From contig OZ245936.1 of assembly GCA_965229975.1 (NCBI GenBank), positions 1,345,539 through 1,409,538 on the forward strand: 64,000 nucleotides of DNA. Direction: 5' to 3'. The notes under the pieces were generated by a model that saw only the letters and a program-made list of their open reading frames with translations, had not been told where the DNA came from and did no database searches. The stretch comes from Parvibaculaceae bacterium. Its GTDB lineage: Bacteria; Pseudomonadota; Alphaproteobacteria; CGMCC-115125. Below are positions 21,260 to 33,261 of the stretch, piece after piece. The translations under genes and the position numbers were made by a program. Numbering within the stretch: position 1 is the first letter of the stretch; each line of letters opens with the position of its first letter.

Positions 21260-21311
21260 GCGGCGCGACTGTTGGCCCCAGAGCGATCGAGCGCGGCCCT
21301 CGCCTGCCGCT

Positions 21312-21371
21312 CTGGATGCCGCCCCTCCGGTCGAGCCGGAGGGCTTCGGTAATCCAAGCCGCGGCATGACA
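21312..21371. repeat. Half REP (GTCATGCCGCGG family) interrupted by a second hairpin
   Basis: CTGGATGCCGC[32 nt including CCCTCCGG-TCGAG-CCGGAGGG]CAAGCCGCGGCATGACA vs the reverse complement of 61713-61743. Confidence 0.6.
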
Positions 21372-21379
21372 ACGCGTCG

Positions 21380-23014
<1,635 letters not shown>

Positions 23015-23081
23015 CTAACCTAGCCTGAGTCGACGGGAGCTTGAAGGGCGGGATTCGGTTTTCGGTATTTCGCCGGCCACC

Positions 23082-23468
23082 TTATTCGGGCCGCGGGACC
23101 GAGGGCTCTTCGGGTTCGGCGCCGATGGGGGCGGGAACCGAGGGGGCCTGCGTCTCCTCTTCCTCCAGCGCTGCCGGATCGGGCGCGCCGACCGGCTCGA
23201 GCTGGTCAACGATGGACGAGCCGCCCTGGCTGCCGCCGTGCAGGACGGTGAGCGCGATCGACGTCAGGAAGAACACAGCCGCCAGCACCGCCGTCGCGCG
23301 GGTCAGCAGGCTTGCCGCGCCGCGCGCCGAGAACAGGCCGCCGCCGGCGCCGCCGCCACCGCCGCCGCCTCCCATGCCGAGCGCACCGCCCTCGGAGCGC
23401 TGGAGCAGCACCACGCCCACCAGGGCGATGGCGACGAGCGTATGGATGACAAGCAGGACGTTTTCCAT
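23082..23468 (-). CDS. secG: Preprotein translocase subunit SecG
   Basis: VLLQRSEGG.LG, Gly-rich linker, LTRAT..LA..FF.TSI.L; between tpiA and pyrG. Confidence 0.95.
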   Translation of the reverse strand: MENVLLVIHTLVAIALVGVVLLQRSEGGALGMGGGGGGGGAGGGLFSARGAASLLTRATAVLAAVFFLTSIALTVLHGGSQGGSSIVDQLEPVGAPDPAALEEEETQAPSVPAPIGAEPEEPSVPRPE

Positions 23469-23627
23469 GGCGGTCAGGGTCTCGACGTGTGCGGGTTGGC
23501 GCGGGCGGGCCTCTCAGCGGGGATAACCACCGGCGCGCGGCCTTTTACGCGATGGGAGCGCGGATGGCCAGAGGCGCCCTCTGCATCACCTCGCTGCGGT
23601 GCGGGATATATCGTGGGTTACGGGCGA

Positions 23628-24386
23628 TTACCTGTACGCATCGATGATGCCGTCGAAGTCAGACGCCTTGAGGCTGGCGCCGCCCACCAGCGCCCCGTCC
23701 ACGTTGGCGACGGCCATCAGTTCGCCCGCATTCGCGGGCTTTACCGAGCCGCCGTAGAGCAGGCGCATGCCGGATGCCGCTTCGGACCCGAACCGGCCGC
23801 CCAGCGCCTCCCGGATCGCGCCGTGAACCCGTGCCACGTCGTCGGCGGTGGGCGTGCGGCCGGTGCCGATGGCCCAGACCGGCTCGTAGGCGATCACGGT
23901 GTTCTCGGCGGTCGCCCCATCCGGAACGGAGCCTGCGAGCTGGCCGGTCACCACGTTGATGGTCTCGCCGCGGTCCCGCTCGGGCTCGGTCTCGCCGATG
24001 CAGATGATCGCAACGAGGCCCGCCGCGTGGGCCGCTTCCGCCTTGGCGCGGACCAGGCTGTCGGTCTCCTGGTGGTCCTGGCGGCGCTCGGAATGGCCGA
24101 CGATGACCGCCGTGCAGCCCGCGTCCGCCAGCATCGTGGCCGCGATGTCGCCCGTGTGGGCGCCGGGCGCATGGGGCGAGCAGTCCTGCCCACCGATAGC
24201 AACGGCGGACCCCTTCGCCTTCTCCGCGAAGCCCGCGACCAGCGTGAAGGGCGGGATCACCATGACGTTGCAGCCGCCGGCGGGCTTTGCCTTCAGGGCG
24301 TCGATCAGCGCGGCCAGTTCCGCCACAGCGGCGCGCTGGCCGTTCATCTTCCAGTTGCCGGCCACGAGCGGGCGGGGATCGGCCAT
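23628..24386 (-). CDS. tpiA: Triosephosphate isomerase
   Basis: Start ATG 24386; [41 protein letters not shown]. Confidence 0.99.
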   Translation of the reverse strand: MADPRPLVAGNWKMNGQRAAVAELAALIDALKAKPAGGCNVMVIPPFTLVAGFAEKAKGSAVAIGGQDCSPHAPGAHTGDIAATMLADAGCTAVIVGHSERRQDHQETDSLVRAKAEAAHAAGLVAIICIGETEPERDRGETINVVTGQLAGSVPDGATAENTVIAYEPVWAIGTGRTPTADDVARVHGAIREALGGRFGSEAASGMRLLYGGSVKPANAGELMAVANVDGALVGGASLKASDFDGIIDAYR

Positions 24387-24685
24387 GGTGTGGGGTCTCC
24401 TCGGGAATGGCTGCCGGACGGCGGCGCGGGAATCTCCCGCGCGCCAAGGCTGCCGGAGCGGATAGCAAACCCGCTCCCCGCCTGCCACCGCAAAAGCGCG
24501 CAGGCCCGCGGCCCCTGCCCCCCGGGTGTCCCTTGCCCGGCCTCGGCCCGGCCCCATAAGATGCGCCGCTCCGCCGGTAGCGTGCGGAAATTTAAGCAAG
24601 AACCGGCGGCAAGGCTGGCGCGGCAGCGCCCGCGCCTCTACAACCGCCCTACCCGATTCATCCAATCCACAAGCGCCCTATTTCC

Positions 24686-26605
24686 ATGCTCGAACAACTG
24701 CGAAAGAACGCCAGCGGCCTCGTGGCCAAGATCCTGATCGGCCTGCTCGTCATCAGTTTCGCGGTGTGGGGCATCGCCGACATTTTCTCGCCGTCCATCG
24801 ACACGACCGTGGCGGAAGTGGGCGACGAGGAGATTTCGGGTGAACTTTTCCTGTTCGAGTACCGGCGCGACCTGCGCCAGCGTTCGCAGGATCTCAACCG
24901 CCAGATCACCCTCAACGAGGGTCAGGCGCTGGGCTTCGACAAACAGGTGCTGGACCAGATGGTCGGCCGCACCGTGCTCGACGTGACCGCCCGCGAGATG
25001 GGGCTGGGCGCGAGCCAGGAGCTGGTGATCGAAGACATCCGCAACGACCCGGCCTTCGCCGGGCCCACCGGCCAGTTCGACCGCGAAACCTTCCAGCAGG
25101 TGCTGTTCGCCAACGGCATCTCGGAAGCGTTCCTCATCGATGACCGCGAGCGCTTCATCCGCCGCCAGCAGCTGATCAACGCGATCGGCGCAGGCGTGGC
25201 GGCCCCGCAGGGCCTCGCCGAGCGCATGTTCTCCGTCCTCAACGAGCGGCGCATCGCCGAGTACATGGTGCTGACACCGGAAGTAGTGGACATGCCCGCC
25301 GACCCGGACGACGAGACGGTCCAGAAGTTCTACGAGGCGCGGGCTGCCGGTCTCTACCAGGAGCCCGAATACCGCGCCTTCTCGTTCCTACGGCTGACAC
25401 CGGAAATGGTCGCGGAGACAATCGAGATTTCCGAAGAGGTGCTTCGCGAGGAGTACGAGGCGCGCAAGGCCGAATTCGACAAACCGGAACGGCGCGTGAT
25501 CGAACAGATCAGCTTCGACACCCGCGAAGCAGCCGAAGAAGCCCGTGCCAGCCTGTCCGAGGGCAAGACCTTCGCTGCCATCGCTGACGACAAGGGCCTC
25601 GAGCCGGAGGAATACAAGCTCGGCACGCTGGAGCGCCGCCAGATGTTCAGTGACGACCTGGCCGAGGTCGCCTTCTCGATCGACGAGGGGACCGTCAGCG
25701 AGCCGGTCGAGGGACCGGTCGGCTGGCTTCTCATCCATGTGCCGCAGGTGATCCCCGCCGTCGACTCGACCTTCGAGGACGCGCGCGAGCGCCTGCGCGA
25801 TGAGTTGGCAACCGACCGCGCCTACAACGAGCTCTACGATTACGCCAACCAGGTGGAAGACGCCCGGGCGGGCGGCGCCACGCTGGCCGAGGCCGGCGCG
25901 GTGCTCGGCCTTGAACCGACGCCCGTTCCGCCGGTCACGAGCCGCGGCCTTGCACGTAATGGCCAGCGCCCCGCCGTGCTGCCCGCCGATGGCCGTCTCG
26001 TGGTCGAAGCTTTCCAGGTCGAGCCGGGCGACGAAGCGCCGATGGTCGAGACCGATGACGGCGCGTTCTTCTGGGTCGACGTGACGGAGGTCATCGAAGC
26101 CCGCACGCCGCCGCTGGATGAAGTGCGCGCCCAGGTGGTCGAGACTTGGAAGGAAGAAGAGCGCGAGGCAGCGCTGCTCCGCCTTGCCGCCGATCTCGCC
26201 GCGCGGATCAACGGGACGGAGAGCTTCGCGGAGGTGGCGGACGACTATGACCGCGCGCCGCTCGAGACCCAGCCGCTGACCCGCGACATGTCGAACGAAA
26301 CCTTCTCGCGCATCGCCATCAACAACCTGTTCAGCGTCGGCGAAGGCGAGGCGACCTACGGCCCTGTGGGCTTCGGTTCCAGTGTCGTCGTCATGCAGGC
26401 CAAGGAAGTGGTGCCCGGCGATGCTGAGGAAGCGGGCGAGACATTCGAGGACTTCGAAGCCCGGCTCGACGGCGCCTTCGCGGACGACGTGACGGTGCAA
26501 TTCCTCAATGCCCTGCGTGCGCGCGTCGGCGTCGATGTGAACCAGAGCGCCGTCAACTATGTCATCGGCGGGGGCGACGATGGCCGGGGGGCCGGCGGCG
26601 TCTAG
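24686..26605 (+). CDS. ppiD: PpiD/SurA-family periplasmic chaperone-PPIase
   Basis: ML..LR....K.L..LL..SF..WGI, SurA N-domain, rotamase-like region; 639 aa, between tpiA and trpE. Confidence 0.88.
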   Translation: MLEQLRKNASGLVAKILIGLLVISFAVWGIADIFSPSIDTTVAEVGDEEISGELFLFEYRRDLRQRSQDLNRQITLNEGQALGFDKQVLDQMVGRTVLDVTAREMGLGASQELVIEDIRNDPAFAGPTGQFDRETFQQVLFANGISEAFLIDDRERFIRRQQLINAIGAGVAAPQGLAERMFSVLNERRIAEYMVLTPEVVDMPADPDDETVQKFYEARAAGLYQEPEYRAFSFLRLTPEMVAETIEISEEVLREEYEARKAEFDKPERRVIEQISFDTREAAEEARASLSEGKTFAAIADDKGLEPEEYKLGTLERRQMFSDDLAEVAFSIDEGTVSEPVEGPVGWLLIHVPQVIPAVDSTFEDARERLRDELATDRAYNELYDYANQVEDARAGGATLAEAGAVLGLEPTPVPPVTSRGLARNGQRPAVLPADGRLVVEAFQVEPGDEAPMVETDDGAFFWVDVTEVIEARTPPLDEVRAQVVETWKEEEREAALLRLAADLAARINGTESFAEVADDYDRAPLETQPLTRDMSNETFSRIAINNLFSVGEGEATYGPVGFGSSVVVMQAKEVVPGDAEEAGETFEDFEARLDGAFADDVTVQFLNALRARVGVDVNQSAVNYVIGGGDDGRGAGGV

Positions 26606-26626
26606 CGGACGCCTCGGGACCTGACC

Positions 26627-28144
26627 ATGATCGTCGAACCCGACTGCCCAGTCTTTGAACGCGCCTACGACGCGGGCACGCCGCAGGTCGTGTGGACGAA
26701 ACTCGTCGCCGACCTGGAGACGCCCGTCTCCGCCATGCTCAAGCTCAAGGCGGGGCGCCGGAACTCTTTCCTGCTGGAATCCGTCGAGGGCGGTGCCGTG
26801 CGCGGCCGCTATTCCATCATCGGCGTCGACCCGGACCTGATCTTCCGCGCCATGGGCGACGAGGCGGAGATCAACCGCAAGGCGCGCACCGACGACAACG
26901 CCTTCGAGCCGTGCGGTCAGGGCACGCTCGATGCCTTGCGTGCGCTGCTGGACGAATCCGCCATCGACCTGCCGGATGAACTGCCGCCCATGTCAGCGGG
27001 TGTCTTCGGCTACCTGAGCTACGACATGGTGCGCCTGATGGAGCACCTGCCGGACCAGAACCCGGACTCGCTCGGCGTGCCGGACGCCATCATGGTGCGC
27101 CCGACCGTGATCGCCGTTTTCGACAGTGTACGCGACGAAATGGTGCTGGTGACGCCCGTGCGGCCCGAGACCGGTGTTGCCGCCAAGGCGGCCAGGCTGC
27201 GCGCCGAGGAGCGCCTTTCTGCCATCGTGGACGCGCTCGACAAGCCGCTGCCGCACGACGCCAACGTGCAGGCGGACGTCGCTGCCCTGCCCGAGCCAAC
27301 GTCCAACACGACCCCGGCCGAGTATCACGCGATGGTCGAGAAGGCGAAGGCATACATCGCGGCGGGTGACATCTTCCAGGTGGTGCCAAGCCAGCGGCTC
27401 ACGGTGCCGTTCGAGCTGCCGCCCTTCGCGCTTTACCGTTCGCTCCGCCGCACCAACCCGTCGCCCTATCTCTACTTCCTCGATTTCGAGGATTTCTCCG
27501 TGGTCGGCTCATCGCCGGAGATCATGGTGCGGGTGCGCGGCGACGAAGTGACCATCCGTCCCATCGCGGGCACCCGCCCGCGCGGCGCCACGACCGAAGA
27601 AGACAAGGCCCTGGAGGCCGAGCTGCTGGCCGACCCGAAGGAGCTGGCGGAACACCTGATGCTGCTCGACCTCGGGCGCAACGACGTGGGCCGCGTGGCG
27701 CAGATCGGCACCGTGGAAGTCACCGACAAGTTCACCATCGAGCGCTACAGCCAGGTGATGCACATCGTCTCCAACGTGATCGGCAAGCTCGACCCGTCCT
27801 ACGATGCCGTCTCGGCGCTGGTCGCGGGCTTCCCGGCGGGCACGGTGTCAGGCGCACCCAAGGTCCGGGCGATGGAGATCATCGACGAGCTGGAGAAGGA
27901 GAAGCGCTGCCTTTACGCAGGCTGCGTCGGTTACTTCTCGGCGGGCGGCGACATGGACACCTGCATCGTCCTGCGCACCGGCATCGTGAAGGACGGCAAG
28001 CTCATCGTGCAGGCGGGCGGCGGCGTGGTCGCGGACAGCGATCCGGAGGCGGAGCGAATCGAGAGCGTCAACAAGGCCAAGGCCCTGTTTCGTGCAGCCG
28101 AAGAAGCGATCCGCTACGCTAGCACCGTCGGCCGCGGACAGTAG
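26627..28144 (+). CDS. trpE: Anthranilate synthase component I
   Basis: DLETPVSA, LLESVEGG..RGRYS, GDIFQVV.SQR, NPSPY, PIAGTR, AEHLML.DLGRND, AGT.SGAPK.RAM. Confidence 0.98.
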   Translation: MIVEPDCPVFERAYDAGTPQVVWTKLVADLETPVSAMLKLKAGRRNSFLLESVEGGAVRGRYSIIGVDPDLIFRAMGDEAEINRKARTDDNAFEPCGQGTLDALRALLDESAIDLPDELPPMSAGVFGYLSYDMVRLMEHLPDQNPDSLGVPDAIMVRPTVIAVFDSVRDEMVLVTPVRPETGVAAKAARLRAEERLSAIVDALDKPLPHDANVQADVAALPEPTSNTTPAEYHAMVEKAKAYIAAGDIFQVVPSQRLTVPFELPPFALYRSLRRTNPSPYLYFLDFEDFSVVGSSPEIMVRVRGDEVTIRPIAGTRPRGATTEEDKALEAELLADPKELAEHLMLLDLGRNDVGRVAQIGTVEVTDKFTIERYSQVMHIVSNVIGKLDPSYDAVSALVAGFPAGTVSGAPKVRAMEIIDELEKEKRCLYAGCVGYFSAGGDMDTCIVLRTGIVKDGKLIVQAGGGVVADSDPEAERIESVNKAKALFRAAEEAIRYASTVGRGQ

Positions 28145-28180
28145 GTCTGGCTCACTAGCACCACCCAACTCCCGCCACCT

Positions 28181-28274
28181 GTCATCCCGGCCAAGCGAAG
28201 CGCGAGCCGGGATCGCCCTCCTGTGGCACACGCACCCGATCCCGGCTCGGCGCTCAGGCGCCGTCCGGGATGAC
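28181..28274. repeat. REP-type palindromic element (GTCATCCCGG...CCGGGATGAC)
   Basis: Perfect 10-bp outer and 12-bp inner (GAGCCGGGATCG/CGATCCCGGCTC) inverted repeats between convergent genes. Confidence 0.8.
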
Positions 28275-28301
28275 GGTGTGTCCTGAAAAGTGAGGGCCGC
28301 C

Positions 28302-29408
28302 CTACTCTGCCAGCGCCAGCATGCGTGACGGGGCATTCTGAAGGCGGATCGCCTCGGTCACCGGGACGAGCCGCAGGCCCTTGCGTTCAAGCCCCCGCAC
28401 CCAGACTTCCAGCACGTCCAGCGTGGTGTCGTGCGGGTGCGCGATGGCAATGGCGACGCCGTTTTCCCGTGCCCGATCCTCGAGTTCTGAAAGCTGCGCC
28501 AGCAGGAAATCCGGCCCGGAGTTGTGATCGAGGAAAATGTCGCGCGTGGCGAAGGGCACGTCGTGGGCGGCGGCCGCTGCCCGCGCCGCGCTCCGCGCCG
28601 TCGTGAGCGAGTCCAGGTAGGCAATGCCCCGAGAGGATGTCACCGCCATGACCGCATCCATCACGCGCCGGTCGGCGGTGGCGCGGCTGCCCATGTGGTT
28701 GTTCACGCCCGCGACGGGGCCCGCGCGGCCAAGCTCGTCCAGGTCCTCGGCAAGGCGCTCGCGCAGGGTCCTGTCGGACTGGTGGACCATCAGGGCGCCG
28801 GGCCCGGCATCCTCCGGCCCCACGGGCTGCATCGGCATGTGCAGGAAGATCTCGTGGCCCTGCGCGGCCGCGGCCTGCACCAGGATGCGCGACGTGGCGC
28901 CGTAGGGCAGGAACGACAGCGTCACTTCCTCCGGCAGGCCGAGCGAGCGGGCCGAACGGTCGGCCACCACACCGAGATCGTCGATCACCACGGCGATGGC
29001 CGGGCGCGGGTCCACCTTCGGCGTGTTGCTGGCCGTGTCGAAGCCGCCCAGCGTCCTGCGCAGCGGCGGCAGGGTCAGCGAGCGCTTGCCGGACGCGATG
29101 ACGATTTCCGGCAGGTCGCGCGGCGGCGCCTTCACGGTGATGGAGGCCGTCAGCATGCGGGGCGGCACATCGGCAAGCGCGCCCTTGCTGGCGCTTGCCA
29201 CTACCGGACGATGGCGCGGCTTATCGCCGATGGCGACCACGTGGTCGCCCGCCTCAAGTTCCGCGACGGGCGGGGCGCTGCGGTCCAACGGGGCCGCAGC
29301 GACGATCAGCCCAGCGCCCAGCGCGAGCCCCGCCGCGAAGGCCGCGAGCGGCGCCAGCCGGGCCGTCCTGGCCCGCTTGTGCTCGGTTCTGGATTTTCGC
29401 TGCCGCAC
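28302..29408 (-). CDS. Divergent polysaccharide deacetylase family protein (YibQ-like)
   Basis: N-terminal TM; IA.VIDDLG, T.SFLPY, GHEIFLHMPM.P, GVNNHMGS..T, Y.DS.T, FLD, AIAHP. Confidence 0.9.
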   Translation of the reverse strand: MRQRKSRTEHKRARTARLAPLAAFAAGLALGAGLIVAAAPLDRSAPPVAELEAGDHVVAIGDKPRHRPVVASASKGALADVPPRMLTASITVKAPPRDLPEIVIASGKRSLTLPPLRRTLGGFDTASNTPKVDPRPAIAVVIDDLGVVADRSARSLGLPEEVTLSFLPYGATSRILVQAAAAQGHEIFLHMPMQPVGPEDAGPGALMVHQSDRTLRERLAEDLDELGRAGPVAGVNNHMGSRATADRRVMDAVMAVTSSRGIAYLDSLTTARSAARAAAAAHDVPFATRDIFLDHNSGPDFLLAQLSELEDRARENGVAIAIAHPHDTTLDVLEVWVRGLERKGLRLVPVTEAIRLQNAPSRMLALAE

Positions 29409-29445
29409 GTGATCGCCACCCTTGGTAGCCGCATATGCTGCGGTC

Positions 29446-29461
29446 TTAAGGTGTGCTTAAC
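29446..29461. promoter_or_regulatory. CtrA-binding box TTAA-N7-TTAAC
   Basis: TTAAGGTGTGCTTAAC, 38 bp upstream of the deacetylase start, in the divergent deacetylase/trpG intergenic region. Confidence 0.65.
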
Positions 29462-29624
29462 ACTATATGTTGTGCGGGTAAATCGATGGCGCCCCGAAAG
29501 CTGGGGATAGTTGGGTGCGAACGGGGCGTTGCCTTGCATCGCCGCGTTCGAGACCCCTATATGACCCGCTCAACTCAACCACCCCGGTAACGCCGGGGCA
29601 CGGGCGCCGCGGGCCGAATGTACG

Positions 29625-30227
29625 ATGATTCTCCTCATCGATAACTACGACAGCTTCACCTACAACCTCGTCCACTTCCTCGGGGAGCTTGGCGCGAAGG
29701 TGGAGGTCGTGCGCAACGACAAGATCACCGCGGACGAGGCGCTGGCGAAGAAGCCGGAAGCGATCGTCCTGTCGCCCGGCCCGTGCGATCCGGACAAGGC
29801 GGGCATCTGCCTCGAACTGGTGGAGAAGGCCGGCGGCGATGTGCCGATCCTCGGCGTGTGCCTGGGCCACCAGACCATCGGCCAGGTCTATGGTGGCGAC
29901 GTGGTGCGCGCGCCGTCGCTGATGCACGGCAAGATGAGCCGCATCCACCACACCGGCAAAGGCGTGTTCCGCGGCCTCAACAACGACTTTGAGGCGACGC
30001 GCTACCACTCGCTGACGGTGGACCGGGCGACGATGCCGGACGACCTGGAGATCACCGCCGAGACCGACGACGGCGTGGTGATGGGCGTGCAGCACAAGAC
30101 GCGGCCCGTCCACGGCGTCCAGTTCCACCCGGAAAGCATCGCCTCCGAGCACGGGCACCAGTTGCTCAAGAACTTCCTCGACATCGCCGCCGACTTCCAG
30201 AAGGCACGCGTGAGCGAACCGGCATGA
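29625..30227 (+). CDS. trpG: Anthranilate synthase component II (glutamine amidotransferase)
   Basis: [35 protein letters not shown]. Confidence 0.96.
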   Translation: MILLIDNYDSFTYNLVHFLGELGAKVEVVRNDKITADEALAKKPEAIVLSPGPCDPDKAGICLELVEKAGGDVPILGVCLGHQTIGQVYGGDVVRAPSLMHGKMSRIHHTGKGVFRGLNNDFEATRYHSLTVDRATMPDDLEITAETDDGVVMGVQHKTRPVHGVQFHPESIASEHGHQLLKNFLDIAADFQKARVSEPA

Positions 30228-31255
30228 CCGATTTCAAGACCATCCTCGCCCATGTGGGTGCGGGCAACGCGCTGGACGAATCCCATGCGCGCGCGGCGTT
30301 CGAAATCATCATGTCCGGCGAAGCGAGCCCGGCGCAGATCGGCGCGTTCCTGATGGCGCTGCGCGTTCGCGGCGAGACTGTCGCAGAGATCACGGGGGCT
30401 GCGCGCGTCATGCGCGACATGGCGCTTCACGTCCCTGCCCCGGATGACGCCATCGATACCTGCGGTACCGGCGGCGATGCGTCCGGCACTTACAACATTT
30501 CCACGGCCGTGGCCTTCGTGGCGGCGGGCGCCGGGGCGAAGGTCGCCAAGCACGGCAACCGGGCGCTGACCTCCAAGTCGGGGTCCGCCGACGTCTTGCG
30601 CGCGCTCGGCGTGAAGCTCGAACTGACGCCGGACGAGATCGGCCACTGCATCACCGGGGCCGGTGTCGGTTTCATGTTCGCGCCCGCCCATCACGCGGCG
30701 ATGAAGCATGTGGGACCCGTCCGCACCGAACTTGGCACCCGCACGATCTTCAACGTGCTGGGCCCCCTTTCCAATCCGGCGGGGACCAAGCGCCAGCTGA
30801 TCGGCGTCTTTGCGCGCGAGTGGACGGAACCGCTGGCGCACGTGCTGCAAAGCCTCGGCGCCACACGCGCCATGATCGTCCATGGCTCGGACGGGCTGGA
30901 CGAGATGACGACGACCGGCACGACCCATGTGAGCGAGCTCAAGGATGGCGTCGTCCACAACTACGACGTGACGCCGGAGGACGCGGGTCTGACCCGCGCC
31001 TCGCCGGACGACCTCAAGGGCGGCGACGCCACCGAGAACGCGGACGCGCTGCGCGCCCTGCTCGACGGCAAGACCGGCCCCTATCGCGACATCGTGGTGC
31101 TCAACGCTGCCGCGGCGCTGATGGTCGCCGATCTCGCCGACAGCCTGCAGGCCGGCGCGAAGATGGCTGCTGCCGCCATCGACAGCGGCGAAGCTCGCGC
31201 GGCGCTCGATGCACTGATTGAGGCCAGCAACCGGGCGGAAAGCGCGGCGTCATGA
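30224..31255 (+). CDS. trpD: Anthranilate phosphoribosyltransferase
   Basis: [43 protein letters not shown]. Confidence 0.98.
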   Translation: MTDFKTILAHVGAGNALDESHARAAFEIIMSGEASPAQIGAFLMALRVRGETVAEITGAARVMRDMALHVPAPDDAIDTCGTGGDASGTYNISTAVAFVAAGAGAKVAKHGNRALTSKSGSADVLRALGVKLELTPDEIGHCITGAGVGFMFAPAHHAAMKHVGPVRTELGTRTIFNVLGPLSNPAGTKRQLIGVFAREWTEPLAHVLQSLGATRAMIVHGSDGLDEMTTTGTTHVSELKDGVVHNYDVTPEDAGLTRASPDDLKGGDATENADALRALLDGKTGPYRDIVVLNAAAALMVADLADSLQAGAKMAAAAIDSGEARAALDALIEASNRAESAAS

Positions 31256-32040
31256 GCGATATCCTTGCCGATATCTGCGCCTACAAGCGCGAGGAAATCG
31301 CTGCCGCCAAGCAGGCCGTGCCTGCCTCCGCGCTCGACGCGCTCGTCAAGGCAGCCTCAGCTGTCCGGCCTTTCGCGGCGGCGCTTGAAGCGGCGCAATC
31401 CTCCGGGTACGGACTGATTGCCGAGATCAAGAAGGCGAGCCCCTCCAAGGGCCTGATCCGCTCGGACTTCGATCCGCCGGCGCATGCGCGCGCCTACGAG
31501 GCAGGCGGTGCCGCGTGCCTGTCGATCCTCACCGACACGCCCTCGTTCCAGGGCGAGCCGGAATACCTGACGGCGGCGCGTGCGGCGTGTTCGCTGCCGG
31601 TGCTGCGCAAGGACTTCATGCTCGATCCCTACCAGGTGGCGGAAGCGCGCGGCATGGGCGCCGACTGCATCCTCGTCATCATGGCCTGCGTGACGGATGC
31701 GGAGGCTGCCGACCTTGCGGCCGCTGCCAGCGAACTCGGCATGGACACTCTGGTGGAGGTGCATGACGAGGAGGAGATGGAGCGGGCGCTCAAGCTCGAC
31801 TGCCGCCTCATCGGCATCAATAACCGCAACCTCAAGACCTTCGAGACGACACTCGAAACGACCGAGCGCCTGGCACCCATGGTGCCTGCCGGGCGGCTCG
31901 TGGTGGGCGAAAGCGGCATCGGCAGCCATGCGGACATGGACCGGCTCGCTCGTGCCAACGTCCGCTCCTTCCTCGTGGGCGAAAGCTTGATGCGCCAGGC
32001 CGACGTGGAAGCCGCCACGCGCACGCTCCTGGCGAGCTGA
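31252..32040 (+). CDS. trpC: Indole-3-glycerol phosphate synthase
   Basis: [38 protein letters not shown]. Confidence 0.98.
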   Translation: MSDILADICAYKREEIAAAKQAVPASALDALVKAASAVRPFAAALEAAQSSGYGLIAEIKKASPSKGLIRSDFDPPAHARAYEAGGAACLSILTDTPSFQGEPEYLTAARAACSLPVLRKDFMLDPYQVAEARGMGADCILVIMACVTDAEAADLAAAASELGMDTLVEVHDEEEMERALKLDCRLIGINNRNLKTFETTLETTERLAPMVPAGRLVVGESGIGSHADMDRLARANVRSFLVGESLMRQADVEAATRTLLAS

Positions 32041-32050
32041 AAGCAAAAAA

Positions 32051-32587
32051 ATGACAAACGACATCGCCATTCCCGACGGCTACGCGCTGCGGCTGGCCCA
32101 TGCGGACGAGGCGCCGATCCTGCCCGGCATCGAGGACCGGGCCGGCGAGATGTTCGCCGACTCCACGCACCCGGATGTCGTCGGCCACGAGGCGGGCTCG
32201 CCCGCCCTCTTCCTCGCGCACATCGCGCTTGACCTTTGCTTCGTCGCCATCGATGATGGCGACCGGCCGGTGGCCTTCGCCACGGCGGGGCGGCTGGACG
32301 AGGCGCTACATCTCTACGAACTCTCGGTGGACCCCAAGCACGGGCACAAGGGCCTTGGCCGCGCGCTGATCGAGCGCGTGTGCGAAGAGGCCATGTCGCT
32401 CGGCATCCCGGCGGTGACGCTCTCCACCTTCACGGATGTGCCGTGGAACGCGCCGTTCTACGAGCGCGTCGGATTCCGCATTCTGGACCCGGCGGACTAC
32501 ACCCCTGCCCTGCATCTCGTCGCAGGCCGGGAGGAGGCCGTGGGCCTCACCAACCGCTGCATCATGCGGCGCGATCTCGGGGCCTGA
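32051..32587 (+). CDS. GNAT family N-acetyltransferase
   Basis: ELSVDP.HG.KGLGRALI, TLSTF.DVPWNAPFY...GF. Confidence 0.88.
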   Translation: MTNDIAIPDGYALRLAHADEAPILPGIEDRAGEMFADSTHPDVVGHEAGSPALFLAHIALDLCFVAIDDGDRPVAFATAGRLDEALHLYELSVDPKHGHKGLGRALIERVCEEAMSLGIPAVTLSTFTDVPWNAPFYERVGFRILDPADYTPALHLVAGREEAVGLTNRCIMRRDLGA

Positions 32588-32596
32588 GCGCAATCC

Positions 32597-33088
32597 ATGG
32601 CCAAGGGCGGCAAGCTTACCCACCTCGACGAACAGGGCCGCGCGGCCATGGTCGACGTGTCGGGCAAGCCCGCAACCGCGCGCGAGGCGGTCGCCAGCGG
32701 CCGCGTCACCATGTCCGCAGAAGCCTTCCGCCTGCTGACGGAAGGCGGCGCCCCCAAGGGCGACGTGCTGGCCGCCGCGCGCATCGCCGGCATCATGGCC
32801 GCCAAGGAAACATCGCGCCTGATCCCGCTCTGCCACCCTCTGCCGCTCTCCAAGGTGGCCGTCGATTTCGAGACCGATTCGGAAGCCCACGCCGTCCGTG
32901 TCACGGCGCTTGCCCGCACCACCGGGCAGACCGGCGTCGAGATGGAGGCGCTGACGGCGGCCTCCGTCGCCTGCCTCACGGTCTACGACATGCTCAAGGC
33001 GGTGGACCGGGCCATGGTGATCTCGGACATCCGCGTAGAAACCAAGTCCGGCGGCGCATCCGGCGACTACGTCCGCGGCGGCGAATAA
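32597..33088 (+). CDS. moaC: Cyclic pyranopterin monophosphate synthase
   Basis: [50 protein letters not shown]. Confidence 0.98.
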   Translation: MAKGGKLTHLDEQGRAAMVDVSGKPATAREAVASGRVTMSAEAFRLLTEGGAPKGDVLAAARIAGIMAAKETSRLIPLCHPLPLSKVAVDFETDSEAHAVRVTALARTTGQTGVEMEALTAASVACLTVYDMLKAVDRAMVISDIRVETKSGGASGDYVRGGE

Positions 33089-33104
33089 GCCCGGTCCTTT
33101 ACGC

Positions 33105-33158
33105 TTGACGCAAACCGAGAACCAAACTAGAACATTCAAATCAGTTTCTGGTTTGTTC
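33105..33158 (+). promoter_or_regulatory. lexA promoter with two alphaproteobacterial SOS boxes
   Basis: TTGACG-N17-TAGAAC; perfect GAAC-CAAACTA-GAAC (33119-33133); near-consensus GTTT-N7-GTTC (33144-33158). Confidence 0.85.
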
Positions 33159-33261
33159 TGGACTCGGACAAATGAGCGCCGCGGCAAAGGAGCCTGATCC
33201 GCTTACGGATCGGTCGCTCCGGGAGAGGCCCCCGAAGGCGGCGCGGGAAGGCAAAGACGGC

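Noticed and set aside
23341-23375. GCC/CCG triplet run in secG as a contingency repeat
   Set aside because: Encodes the ordinary Gly-rich SecG loop and is an imperfect in-frame repeat.
26606-26626. trp attenuator or leader peptide before trpE or trpG
   Set aside because: trpE follows ppiD by 21 nt, and no Trp-codon leader is visible upstream of trpG.
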